Positions 39,076 to 52,342 of a DNA stretch of 64,000 nt are shown piece after piece. The number at the start of each line of letters is the position of its first letter. The first letter of the stretch is position 1. A program made the position numbers and the translations under genes. The notes beneath the pieces were generated by a model. It saw only the letters and a program-made list of their open reading frames with translations. It made no database searches and was not told the origin of the DNA. The DNA is from Cycas panzhihuaensis (Eukaryota > Plantae > Cycadophyta). The DNA is taken from the NCBI GenBank assembly GCA_023213395.1, contig CM041465.1, positions 164,369,741 to 164,433,740 on the forward strand, written 5' to 3'.

Positions 39076-39699
39076 CTGTAAATTATTACAAAATTGGAAA
39101 ATTAGCAGCCAACTTATTTTGACTACAAAAGCTTCTTGCATTAGATATGTAATAAAACCGCACCGCACAATCAAATCTTGTTTGACAATTAAAAAATAAA
39201 TACAAATGTAATTTATGAACTAACAGAAATGCTTGGAATAATGTATCTTCAGATCCAACAATTATTGGCCCTTGTAACCATATGCCATCTAATTGGCTCC
39301 CAGATGGCAATTCCCTAGTCTTCATCTTATCCTTACCTGAAAATCAACTCAAGACCACAGTCTTCATATCCCCTAAGCTGCAGCCCCCGGTAGAGAGACA
39401 GTGTCTTGGGATCACAGTCCAGAACCAGTGCTAGCCTTGTAAAGGTGTAAAACATGTGTTCAATACCAAGTGAAGTGATTTGAAAGATGGCAAGAGACTA
39501 TATTCAATGCTGTTGTTAAATTCACAAATATGCTAAAGGTAAAATAGAATAAATGCAACCAGGTTCAAGTATAGAATCTTGTAATCATTCAAGTTGATTT
39601 TTGAGGTTGGTCTCTACTAAGATCTCTCATTGTTTTCAACTCCAATTCCATCTGCTTCCAAAATTCCTTACTCTTGAGCATTTATCTCTTCCCTTATCA

Positions 39700-40878
39700 T
39701 AGGCTAGTGAAGTGAAGAGGCATCGGACTTCAATCTTCTATGACTGTTCAGGTGTTCCATGACTAGACAATTCAGATTCTCAACTATTCACTCTTCCTCT
39801 TAAACAATACAACAAATTCCACCATTCCTGTCCCACTTTCATTGCTCTCAACAAGAGTTAGAGGCAATAGCCTTACACAAATAACAGAAATCAATTCTTA
39901 TTCATGGGAAAAGATTCATGCCCAATTCTCTCTCACAACTGGACTTGAGTCTTCTACTACACTCAACACTTCAGACAAAACAGAGGAGGAGACTAAGAAT
40001 TCTTTACAAAAACCACAAGGAGAAATTTCTTAATGCCATTCAAGCATTACAATAAGCAGTTTGGTTGGTTAATCAGTAGCAGGGCCCACAGGAGAATGCA
40101 ACACAAATACAACCAGCAGATATGATCCATGATCTACTCCTTTAGGAAAAGGACTAGCATATAGTAGAAGAAATATGACACTTGAAGATCAATCAAAATC
40201 AATGGACCAAAATGTAGCAGCATTTTCAACAAAACCAAAGAATTTAGTGGCACAAATAAACCCATGGCAGTAGCTGCAACAATTTTAAAATATTCTCACA
40301 GAATTGCAACTGATAGTTCCCTTGGCAATGGTTTTTCAATGGGGGGAAGTAGGACACTTTAAAAAGCAATTGTCAGATCAGATTGAGTAGCACGCTCTAC
40401 AACCTTTAGAAAATGGGGCAACTGATCCATGAGTACCAATGAGTATCTTTGGATGGACCATTTGTAAAACTATGGTTGATGGTGGAATGAGTGCAAGTGT
40501 CCTACCAGAAAAGATTTTGGTAGCTTTAGGAAAATCCGCAGTTCTCTCTCCATATTATTTTATCTAACTAGCTATATTGGGATAAAATCTGGTACCTGTG
40601 TGTCTTGGATAATGGAAAAAATAGCAAAATGTGTTTAACATGACATAATGAGTGTAGGAACACAGCATCTAGGGTCCATATAGAGGAATGCATGATAGGA
40701 TCAAGTGAAATCTATCGAAAAAGAGCTTTTGGAGAATACTTGACAGGGTGTGTTCTGGAATGGAATGCAATACAGTCCAGAACGCATCTCGAGGAACGTA
40801 TAGAATGTACAAGCCAATCAAAAAGATTGATGACATCATTAGTGAACACACGTTCGTACAATTGTACAACAGAAAAAT
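39700..40878 (+). mobile_element. Heavily deleted gypsy relic (Zn knuckle, protease and RT scraps)
   Basis: GEVGHFKKQ at ~40345, MVDGGMSASVLPEKILVALGK at ~40472, KRAFGEYL at ~40720; boundaries uncertain. Confidence 0.5.
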
Positions 40879-43800
40879 TGTATTAAGAGGCATAACTAAT
40901 GAGTCAATATGAAAAGATGCATTTTGTTATAAAAGGGAATGGCTATGACCGTAAGTCTCAACCATTCTCCAAAAGGCACGTATTTGAGCATTTCTTGGTC
41001 ATTTCCTCACCATTCCGGTGTGAAAGCCGAGTAATTGAGTCTTGTGTTATGTTCTCAAGGATGTGAGAGCTGAGTTATTGCATATAGTATCATCTTTCCT
41101 AATAGGAGACATGCGGGAAAGATCTCTAGTGATGTAAAACGCCATTGTACAATAATATTGCTTAATAAAATCAAGAGTTATGTGGAAACATTGTGTCGTG
41201 TTGATTCTTATTGATGTTTGATGTTATGATTGACATTATGATGACATTGTGATGATATACTTATGCTATATGAATCGATTCATAAGTAGATATGGTGTAT
41301 GTAGATATATTATGAGACCGAAATGTTGACTAAACCCTAGATAGATTACCGAAAGTTGCTATTTGACAAGTGTACCTTCTAAAGGGCAAAAAATTAGGTC
41401 AACATTGGTTCTATTGGCTATGTCAATTGAGGAGGGATTAAGCCGGAGTTTCACCATACGTACTTATGCCTAAAGGCTAAGGAACCTTGGTTGTCATCAT
41501 GATGGCATGCCGTAACTAAGCCTCTAATAACCAAGGGACCTTCCAATGCTGCCCCCAAAATGACCTTCGAAGGTGAGTGAGCCACTTGAACAATCTTCAC
41601 CCAAGGGAATTCAAGAATCTATTAGACAGAGAGCCATAAGATAGGCAAATGAGAAGAAATTAAGAAGGGCAAGAAGACTACGCTCCATTAAAAATGACAA
41701 GACCAAGGGTTGGTCTATTGAAGGGTCTAAGGCAAGTGGCGCCCAAGCACCCAAAAAACAAGGAAATCCGGAACATGGAGAACCAATGGTAATAACACTT
41801 GCCCCATTTGGATCATATATGATCAGCCCAAAAAAGGAGGAGGAGGAGATTCTAAAAGTGGACAAACATTTAAAAGAAGAAAACAAGACTTTAGAGTAGG
41901 AAAGAGAAATCCCAAGGAAGGAGGAAAGATTAAGTATGGACTCTAATTTGAAGAGCCTGAGTGATCATGAGGAAAAGGCAAAGGAAGGTCTCTTGGCATA
42001 TTGAAAAAATCATCTCCCAAGACAGTTATTTAAGGATACACTAGAAAAAGGGTTTGAGTAGTCATTCTTGATTACAACACCACTAATAGTACAGATGCCA
42101 GGCCATTTAGAGCCAATTCATTTGAAGACACCTTTTTAGAATCCTTTATTTGGGAGAAATAGTATTGAGAGAAGTCTACTTGGGACACCACCAAAACCTA
42201 ATACAATAGAGGAAGAAGTAATAACTCCAAAGATAGAAGTTACACCACCTGATTCTCCAAAAATGGGGGATTTAAAAGAGTTTGGAAAGTTAATTTTCAA
42301 TGATACATCAAATGCCATTGAGCATGTATATTTATTTCAAAACTTGGTAAATGTGAGGAAAATTACAGATGAAGATGAGATCAAGGCCAAATTCGCATGT
42401 ACATTACGAGGAGTACCATTAGCATGGGATAAAGAATCAAACAAGACAAAAACTTAGGAAGAGGTGAAAAAGGGATTTGAGAAACGGTTCTAAAAATTTT
42501 ACAACAATGAAGTCGTTGAAATTGACTTGAAGGAAATTAGACACAAACTTGCAGAGCCAGTGTTGACTTACATAAATCATATGAGAATCATAGCCATCGA
42601 TATGATAGATGAAAAAGTAATAGATTACAACATGAAAAATTATTTTGTAAGAGGGTTAAATAAGAAATTGAGGACAACATTGTAGATACATCCATTAAAA
42701 TCTTTCTGGAATGCCTAATTGGCATTAGATTTTGAAAAAGAGATGGACACCCAAACGAGAAGGCATGAGGTGTTATTATTAGAACTATAAGATGAAATTC
42801 AAGAAATAAAGGCCAATAAAATAGTATGCAATTCTTTTAAATTGAGAAAGAAAGGGAAGATTCTGAAGTGGAAGCCCTTAGAAAAGATGTAGCAAGATTA
42901 AAAATGAAAACAAATAAGAATGAAGGGGAGGAAGATAAAAAGAAGAAGAAAAAAGGAAAAGAAGCCTAAATAGAGAAATGGCGTCACATTTGTGAAGAAG
43001 ATTATCATTCTACAAAGGAAATGTGAATTAAACCTTAAAAATAGTGCTTTGACAAAACAAGATAAATGGTACCACATGTGATGTGGACACCCAAAATATG
43101 AGGGATTGCTATCTTAATCATCATGGAAGAAGTTACACAGGCAAAGGTATGGGTAGAGGTGCCAACTCAACCCGACATTTATATGCCACTAGAATAACAC
43201 CAAACACTTCTAGGAAAAAGGCACCTATTGGGAGATTGTTAATTTGCCTTGAGTTTAGCCACTAGAAATCAAAATGTTCGGTAGCCAAGTCCCACGAATA
43301 GTGTCCTTTTGTGTGAAAAGATTTTGGACTTGGAAATCAGTGCACAAGGGATTGTAAAGGAAAAACTAAGCTAACAAGTCTTATGGCTATAGTTCCAGAA
43401 TCAAGTAAAAACGTGAAATTACAAACAATTGAACTAAGGGAAAGAGAAGGTCATCAATGACTACCCAAACCCTGAAGTAGAGAGAATGCTTTGAAGCAAG
43501 AAGAAAAGCTTTGAAGGAAGCGACAAAGGAGGAGGAAGAGAAAAACTACCAATGGGCAAGCTTGTAACAAAATATGTATATGCAACAAAAAATAAGTCAA
43601 AGGAAAAGGAATCAATGATCCACGAGACGCCACTTGTGCAACAACCACCTATAGTCTAGGCAGAGGAATTATTCAAAGGACTCCCTATGGAAAATATACC
43701 AAGGGTGTTGTTACTAATGGAAATCTAATGAAACAACTACAACCTACCATACCATTAGAACAAGTTATTGAATGGATTAAAATGGGCGTATTACAACATA

Positions 43801-45705
43801 AACAATAATCAAAAGTTTGAAAAGAGTGATGCCTTCTTTTGACCTAGATCCTATAGTCATTATTAACATTTTGAGAAAAGTATTCCATCGTGTGATTGTT
43901 CATGGGGGAGTTGCAATCAATGTATTACCAAGAATGACATGGAAAAGACTAGGACGCCCAAAATTAGAAGCCACAACTTATTCATTAACGCTGGCAAATG
44001 AATTGTTGGTGAAACTCGTGGCGAGATTACCTAATGTAAAGGTGGATGTAGCCAACATCATAGTTCCTATAGATTTTACTATGGTGGGGATTGTGAGAGG
44101 GATGATGCCTTATCCAACATTGTTAGGGAGCCCATGGTTATATATAACAGAATGTCTTTAGAGTTGGAGATATGATCGTGACTTTAACAAACAACACAAA
44201 TGAAGTGGTACTTCCCATGCTTGGGAAAAGGAAGAACTCAATTAAAGTCATTTTGAATGATGCCTCAAGCATGACCATTGCCAGTGACAAAACATCATCA
44301 ACACTTGAGAAAACAAATTTATATCACACAACAAAGGAAGTAAATACCATGAATAATCCACATGAGTATGAGCCCAATCACTATGGAGAACTACATTTGA
44401 ACAACTCAGCCAATGAAAAGGGTATGAAGCAATTTGTGGATTATTGGATGCAAGAACCTATGAGGTTAATCCTCCATCCTTCCATTGTAATTTGCTTTAT
44501 ATGGGTATTTCTAGTGACATGGATGATAATAAAAATAACAATTCTAAGAATATTAATGTTTTGTGTAGTGGTAGCATAGAAAACCTACTAGTGAATAAAT
44601 GCATGAATGATAATCCTTTAATTAATCATGGAAAAGAGAAAGTAGTAGAATCAAATTCCCTATCCCTAAACCTTAACCCTAATCCTAACCCCAACCCTAA
44701 CCTTGACATTCCCTCTAATTCGGGTGTGGGTTTTGAAGTAGATTTCCCTTCACAACCTATAACGTGTCTTAGGGAAGAGAGTAATAACTCTTCCTCATCC
44801 TCTCTACGGCTACACCCACCTAGTGACCACTCCTCTCTATCTGAAGGCAGTGACCCCAAGAATTATGGTTCTACATCAAAGGAGGAAAGGTTTACTAAAG
44901 ACAACCTGAGGGATTCTTGTTTTAGGGATAGGATATCCATTCTAGAAGATACAAAATTTAGTCATTTCATTAGAGACAAAGTAGCTCAATTTCCAAGTAA
45001 ACAATTATATGGGACAACCTGTCTAGTCCAATGTATGGAATATTGGCTAGAACAAAAAATAGTAGATAAGTCTCATTGGGACTTAGATTTTGTTTTGACT
45101 TTATGAGGGCTTACCTGGTGTTGGTACTTAGCCCACCAAGCTTTATTTTGTAACTGGGCAGGTATTCAAGCATCCTTTCGACTATGATTCGACCCTCTTG
45201 ACAAAATGCCTATTCCACCCTTGCTAGTAGGGGAATGTCCAATGAAACATGTCCAAAAATGCAAAAACCTTTAGGTATCTCAAAGTATACCCAAACAAAA
45301 TTGGAGTCATCTATTCTATTACACGTTAGGAAAATTGGAAAAAGAATGCTTATTTAGAAGGGAGAAAATCTAAGAAGCTTCATGGCATAGCCTAAAACAT
45401 TCTTTGATTAAGAGGTTTTTGCACTCATCCAAGGATAACAAAAGTGACAATACTCGAACAAATTAGGAGGTTAAGTATAACACTGAAAGAACCTAAATCC
45501 ATGTCACTAACAAGAATAATAGAAAGCATAGACAAGAAAGAGAAACAAGGAACTCATAATTTTCCACTTGAGCATATAGAATTACAATATGGTAATCAAG
45601 ATATAGAAGATACCGTTGCATATTAGATGACAGAGGAGAATAAAGTAATGTGTGAGGAAATAAAAACAACAAAGATTAACTTAGGGGATAAGGAGAATCA
45701 GAGAC
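40879..45705 (+). mobile_element. Gypsy-5: 5' half of an Athila-like gypsy (LTR, gag, PR, extra CA-like domains, start of RT), interrupted by Copia-4
   Basis: LTR ends ...GGTCAACA at 41404 (start approximate). PBS TGGTTCTATTGGC (decayed tRNA-Glu type). gag FACTLRGVPLAW. Protease VIVHGGVAINVL (43817-44161). KINLGDKENQR at ~45675. Confidence 0.82.
44975..45425 (+). other. Two tandem capsid-NTD-like domains inside Gypsy-5 Pol between PR and RT
   Basis: ...CLVQCMEYW...HWDLDFVLTL*GLTWCWY...NWAGIQASFRL*F, then IPPLLVGECPMKHVQKCKNL*VSQSIPKQNWSHLFYYTLG...SWHSLKHSLIKRF; homologous to 24850-25310. Confidence 0.68.
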
Positions 45706-48700
45706 TACTAGGATAAAAAACTATTAGTGAAGATAGATAGAACTCATAGCATTAGCCACATGCATACACAACAAGAAATGAGAAAATACTAGCAAATCAC
45801 AACTCTTCAAAATCTCACTAATTCAAAATAGTGAATTACATCAGACATATATAGAGCTACATATCTTACATGTTCATTAATGGCCTACCTTATTTTAAGG
45901 TGGGCTCCTACCATAATTTATGGTGGACACTGAATGACTAGTTTAACTTCTTTTAATTCCATTCATTAATGACTTAAGCATGAATATTCTATATGAGAAA
46001 ATATTCCAATAACATAAAAAATAAACTTAAGTGGACATTTAATGTGAATGGACATTACTTCTAACACCCTCCCATAATGTCAAGTTCATTTTCTCTTATA
46101 AATATCAATATCCTAAGTCTCTTAAACTTCTCATGACTTAAAGTTTTAGTGAGAATATAAACAATTTGGTCTTTCAAAGGACAATAGATCAATTCAACTG
46201 TGCCATTCTCTAGTTGCTCTCGAATAAAGTGATGGTGAATTTTCATATATTTTGTTCTAGCATGGCAAAGTAGAGTCTTCGATAGTTGTATGGCACATTG
46301 ATTGTCGTAGAACAATTGAGTCAAGTCATCTTGAACAAGTCCAAAGTAATTAAGGAGTCCTCTAAGTCAAATGGCTTTACAGGTTGTTGTAACTGCTACT
46401 TTGTATTCTGCCTCGAGAGAAGACAAAGAAAATGTAAATTGTTTCTTATTGCTCTAAGAGATCAAACCAAAACTAAGTGCAAATATATATTCCGATGTTA
46501 ATTTTCTCTCATCAACATCCCCTACCCAATCTAAGTCAGTAAAGCCCTATAATTTAAACTTAGATGATTTCTAAAACAAGAGTCCAAACCGAATTGTTCT
46601 TTGAACATATTTCAAAATGCACTTCATTGCCTTTCAATGTGTAGTAGATGGAGCACTCATATAATGTGATACAACACCAACAACATAACTAAGATCAAGA
46701 GTTGTGTTAGTCAAATAAATAAGACTACCCACTAGTTGCCTATACAAAGTTTCATCTATAGCTTCAACACCATATTACTTAGTTAATTCAAGATCAACTT
46801 CCATGGGAGTAGTGACTGGCTTGTAGTTCTCCATATGGAAGTGTCTCAAGATATCATGTGCATATTTTGACTATAATATGAAGATGTTGTCACTCTTCTG
46901 CCAAATTTCCATCCTAAGAGAGAGATGTGAGAGTCCAAGATTAGTCATCTCAAAAGCTTCAAACAATTGCTTTTTGAAAGTATTGATCATTTTAATGTCA
47001 GTACCAATTATGATGAGATCATCAACATGCAAAGCTACAATTAGGATTTCATCATCCTTATGCAGTGCATACAAGCTATGATTTGATTCATATCTTGTGA
47101 ATCTAAAAGACATAAAGTGATCATCAATGTGTGAGTACCACACCCTTGGCTCTTGTTTAAGTCCATAAAGAGTTTTTTTCAATCTGCAAACAAGTTGCTC
47201 ATGACCCACTTGTTCAAATCCTTCAAGTTGCTTCATGTAGACCCTCTCATCAAGAATGGCATTCAAAAAAACATTCTTTACATCCATCTAATGAAGTTCC
47301 CAACTAAAGTGAGTGGCAAGAGACACTAGCATCCTAATAGTAGCCATCTTTGCTACTGGTACAAAGGTCTCTTCAAAGTCAATTTCTATTGTTTGAGCAT
47401 AGTTTTAACAAGAAGTCAAGCTTTGTATCGTTTTACAACACCATCTAAGCGATACTTAACTTGATACACCCATCTGCAACCAATTACTTTCTTCCCAAGA
47501 GGTAACACAATGAGATTCCAAGTGTCATTTTTAATGATGGAGTCATATTCATCCTTCATGGCTTCTTGCCATTGAGCCAAATCCTTGGCTTCATGAAATG
47601 ACTATGGTTCATCAATACTTAAGAGTTTTGACATTAAGGCAAAGTTGGTTTTGTTTCTAGTTTGTATGCTTGAGTCAACATTCACAATGCCTAAATCTTG
47701 AATGGTTTGCAAATACCATCTAGGTAATTTTCTTTGTGAAGAGGAAGGATTGGTAGAAGAGGGACGAATAGAGGAAGTAGAAGCTTCGCCATGACTACTT
47801 TCAATTTCACTTTTCTCACTCATTCTGATTTTTTTGCCTTTTAGTTTTTCATCACTTACAATAAGTACAATGACCTCATCTTGTTCATTAGTTTATTGAA
47901 ATAAGAAATCTCTACTAAGAATAATTTTCTTCTCAGTAAGGTTCCAAAGCCTGTATGCTTTTGATGCCAAACTGTACCCAATATGAATTGGCTTTTTACT
48001 TTTGTTATCAAGTTTGTGCCTCTTTTCATTGAGTACATGTGCATAGGCTATACATCCAAAAATATGAAAATGAACTACAAAAAGTTTTAGACCAGTCCAG
48101 GCTTTTTTAGGAGTTACATTTTGAACAACCTTAGTAGGACTTATATTCCACAAGTAAATAATTGTATTGACTGCTTCTCCCCAAAGACCTTTGGGAACAT
48201 CTTTTGCCTCCGTTGTACATCGCATTATTTCAAGAATGGTACAATTCTTCTGCTTTGCTACTCCATTCTATTGTGGAGTGTACAATGTTGTAAACTAATG
48301 CTAAATTCCATGACTTCTACAGAAGTTGGTGAATTCAGAAGAGAGATACTCACCTCTATTATCACTCCTTAAGATCTTAATCTTTTTGTCAAAAAAAATT
48401 TTAGCTTTGGCCTTGAATTCTTTAAACCTTGCAAAAGCATCTGATTTATGCTTAAGAAGATATACCCAACATTTTCTAGTATAGTCATCAATAAAAGTGA
48501 TAAGATATTGTCCTCTTCCATATGCAAATGGTGAAATAGGCCCACATAAGTCAGAGTGAATAAACTCTAACTTTTCCTTAGCTCGCCACTTGGATGTTTG
48601 GAAAGGTTCCTGATGTAGCTTCCCAAGTGCACATGCTTCACAAACTTTGTTAGTCTTCTTTACTAATGGTAAATCAACTACCATTCTTAGTTTATTCATA

Positions 48701-48826
48701 AGCTAAAGACTAGAGTAGTTCAAATGACCATAACAATCATGCCATAAAATGTCAACATAATTATATTTAACAAGACTATGCTTATATGTCCCAGAGAATT
48801 TATAGACACCATTCTCTTAAAAACTT
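45706..48826 (-). mobile_element. Copia-4: 3' half (INT, RT, RH, 3' LTR 45706-46066), interrupted by element B
   Basis: CEACALGKLH, IHSDLCGP, MDVKNVFLN, LHVDDLII, HARTKYMKIHHHFIRE. PPT (ccctcccat on +) next to LTR end TTCTAACA at 46066. Confidence 0.88.
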
Positions 48827-51021
48827 TGTTGACTCAATATCTGTTCTACTAAGATATTCACTTGTCAAGGGTTTCCACTATAATCTAGGGTGTGTTCATG
48901 GTCAACATACAAGTTAATATATTATATTATGCCTCATAAGTCCATGATACAATCACAAACACAATATATTATCATGCATTCATCACCACATTAATACACA
49001 CATAAGTTTCTCATAACTCTATTATTCTATTAAGCAATAATCAATGTTTACATGTCTTTCTGTTATACAATATCATCCGTACATCTGCTTGGTAGGTTAT
49101 TTGTATCAGACCAAGCCCAATACATCACTTTACTTGGCTCTCACATCAATCTGGTCAATTGAATAGGTTTAAATAGGTCATGTGTCCCTGTTGACGAATG
49201 GTTGTGACCAAGAGTCACAACTGCCACTTTTCCATAATGCATGTCTCTTTATAACTAAAACTCTGTTCAACCATTATGTTGTTTAATCATTCCACATGTG
49301 CGTCCGTACGGTTTTGTCCATGTGGCTCTTTTCTGCCTTGAGCATCCCGTGTCCATTCCTTGATTATGTTGTGTATGCATTCTGTGCCTATAGTGCATTC
49401 TTGTGACGAAACACATAATGTTCTACATGCATTGTTCACTGTTTTCTCGCCCATTCCTCGTTCCAAGCACTTGTTGAATGATTTTCTTGCATTTATTAGT
49501 CATATTAAACCGCAATTGACCATGCATTCCTAACTTTGGGCGCACAGGTGTCGATTTTGACCCTAACATCTATCTCAAGTCAACAAAAATGGTTGAGCAT
49601 CCTTGCTCAAATTCAAAATTTTAAAAAATTTTCATATTCTCCTCCCTCTCTAAAATTAAGAGTGCTCCTGTAGTTTTGAGCACTCTGTTGGCTCATTTGC
49701 TCGTAGTAAATCCTCATTAATCAGAGTCAAAATGGTTATAATGGTGTTCTTTTCTCTTAATTTCTCTTGTAAATCTGCAATCTCTACTTTATAGCCTTGC
49801 CCTAGTTCTTCTAGAAGCTGAACAATTTGTTTCCCTTTTTCTCTCAAAGGATGTTGAGAAGAACCTTCTCCAGGTTCAGTCACTGATGTATAAGGGAGCT
49901 CCATTTCCCATTCTTCCAACATGATTTCTTCCTCAGGTTGTTCTTGGCTTCACTTGGTACTCTTTTTGCTAACTTGTTTTGGCCGTAGAGGAAAAGGGGC
50001 TCTTGGCTTATGCTAAATCCATTTTAGAATTTTGCCCATTTCTGCCCTCACTTGTCTTTTCATTGTTGGGTCTTGAGTAGTAGTAGGCATGATGTTTATC
50101 CATTTTTTAATTGCAGGCTCCCTTGGTCGAATGGGCAAGGATGGGGTTTAGCATCTGGGCATTGCTAAAATAAAAGGGCCAATAAAAGCGATGGGTGTAA
50201 AAAAGGGTGTGTTTGTAGCTCTATGAATTGTTGCTCTATGCTATTCACCAAGAATTCACACCAATTCATCCAAATTCCATCACGTAATGATGATAGGATG
50301 GGCATCATACCACCTGGGATGTAAGTATATTTTTGCTTAGAAAGAAACTTGCTCACAATGATTTTTGCTGGCCATTGTAACCTTCTATCCTAAATATCCA
50401 TAATTCTAATCCCTCTAGAATAAATTTGGGTGTTTGGATTGCACAATTTCCGAGTCTAAATTTCCTGATCTACCTTAGATCGTTCTGTGGCCATTGGAGT
50501 TTTCCCTTCTTTGGACAATCCCATAATAGCATGAATGACTTTCGAACTTACTTCCAATTACCCCATAGTTGTTTCTAGAGCTACTATAATTTGTTCCATA
50601 GGTTCAGGATCCCAATACAATGGGGGCATCATGATAAAATCTCCCCATCCTGCTTACTTAATTTTTTCTTGAAAAGAGGCTAGTAATTCCTTCAATTCTG
50701 CTCGGAGTTTTGGTAAATAGGTCTCTTGAATCCCTACAATCTTCATCCTATGGCCAAAAGGGAGGGAACGCAGATAATTAAGAGTTTAATAATCAAAATA
50801 AATGCAAGAGAACTTACAACTTTGGTTCGTTCTTTGCTTTGGACATGTACTATAGTCATGCATTCGCTAGCCTGGACATAGGGTGGGATGCATCCTTGTT
50901 ATCCTTTCTTCCTTGGTGATGAAGTGGCACTTTTCGAATTCTGATATAATTTATCAAATTTGGGTTGATAGGATCACCTATTTGTGTGTGTTCCTCCATT
51001 GGGATGGTCTCAGGAATGCAC
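48827..51021 (-). mobile_element. Element B: 3' end of an Athila-like gypsy (accessory ORF plus 3' LTR 48827-49568), interrupted by element A
   Basis: LTR TGTTGACT...CCCTAACA is similar to 51022-52247. ORF and 3' spacer (ggttgagcatcc..gctcaaa) are homologous to element A. Confidence 0.75.
49656..50846 (-). pseudogene. Element B 3' accessory ORF, putatively spliced (exon 50818-50846, intron 50748-50817)
   Basis: MSKAKNEPK(L)|MKIVGIQETYLPKL...PPLYWDPEPMEQII...TYIPGGMMPILSSLRDGIWMNWCEFL...coiled coil. GTAAGT donor and pyrimidine-rich TAG acceptor join in frame. Confidence 0.65.
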
Positions 51022-51308
51022 TGTTGACTTATAAATTTGCTCCTATTGCAAACTCTCACTTGTCAAGGGTTTTCATTGTAGTCTAGGGTGTGTGCAATTG
51101 GTCAACATATATATTCTTTAATTAACCATCCACATAAGTCCACAATTCACATACATTCCACATGTATTCCACAATAAGTACATATTCTTTTCATGTAACT
51201 CTTTGTATTATATTAGACAATATTCAAAAGTACATCACTTTGGGGTCCATTCGGTCTTGACTGATCCAGCGTACCAAATCAGGAACCGTTGGATTACACT
51301 ACTCGGCT

Positions 51309-51861
51309 TGTTAAACCTTATGTTTACATGTTAAGATATTGTACTCTAATTTTTATGTAAATGTGTACTTTTGTACTTTAGGGGTGACTTATCACTTAAG
51401 TGATAAAGTGCACACCCACATTCTTTCTAGTGACACAACGTTGTCACTAAAGGGTCAAATGGACCCTCATGCATTTTTGCTCACACGAGAGCCAAAAAGG
51501 ACACATGTCCAACATGCAAGGCATGTATCTTGGATGTTTGACACTTGTCAAACATCTAAGGCCTTAGTTCTCTCATCTCACTCTATATAATGAGACCTTT
51601 TCTCATTGTCTCGTAAGAGAGTTGGAGCTGTATTGTTATGTTGTCAATTTGCTAATCAAACTGTTCATTCTTTGGAGGTTGGACCAATTCCAACTCCACA
51701 TATTGGGTATCATTTTCTCTTGCTCCTTCATTTGTGCTTTGTCTCTTTGCTCTCTATTTTCCTTGAGATTATTATACTTGTTTGTATTTGTGCAACTAGA
51801 ACTAGAGTGATCATAGTTTCTAGATCTTGGGACTGTTGAGGCCATCTAGCCTCTTTTCACA
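51309..51861 (+). mobile_element. Solo LTR inserted in the 3' LTR of element A
   Basis: TGTTAAA...TTTCACA, 553 bp. TSD CGGCT/TGGCT. TATA box ctatataa at ~51583. Flanks rejoin to match element B LTR (tacttggctctcacatc). Confidence 0.8.
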
Positions 51862-52342
51862 TGGCTCTCACATCCATCCCAACGATTGGATGTCATTAAA
51901 TACCAGATGTGTCCCTGTTGCAGAATGGTTGCGTCTATAGTTGCAACCGTTTGTTCCCTGGAATGGACGTCTGTTCAAAAGTGTCTGTTCGTCCGGACGG
52001 CTGCGTCCGTGTTTCTTCTGTACTGCCACCGTTTCGTCTTCCGTGTTGTGTTCCTCATACGTTCCTATGCTGTTCCATGCATTCATGTGTTGTTCCATGC
52101 ATTCCTGCACTGTTTTCATATGTTTCTTCACTATTTTCATGCATTCCTACTGCACAACAACCATTCTGAACCTAGAATGCATCCTGTGCTGTCCATTCCT
52201 AACCTGGAATGCATCTTGAACATACTGTGTCACTTTTAGTTGCAACATCTATCCGGGGTCCCCAAAAATAGGTTGAGCATCCGTGCTCAAAATTCAAAAA
52301 TTCAAAATTTTTGTATGCTACTTCTTTCTCCTCCCTTTGATG

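Noticed and set aside
38947-39174. 75-aa ORF as a stand-alone gene
   Set aside because: Only 38971-39075 is exon; the rest is intron read-through.
44658-44705. CCCTAA-like telomeric repeats
   Set aside because: Only ~7 degenerate hexamers, in frame as NPNPNP within the Gypsy-5 Pol linker; more simply a coding microsatellite.
51606-52239. Cluster of overlapping 60-117 aa ORFs
   Set aside because: They lie inside LTR sequence (solo LTR and element A LTR) and are low-complexity with no motifs.
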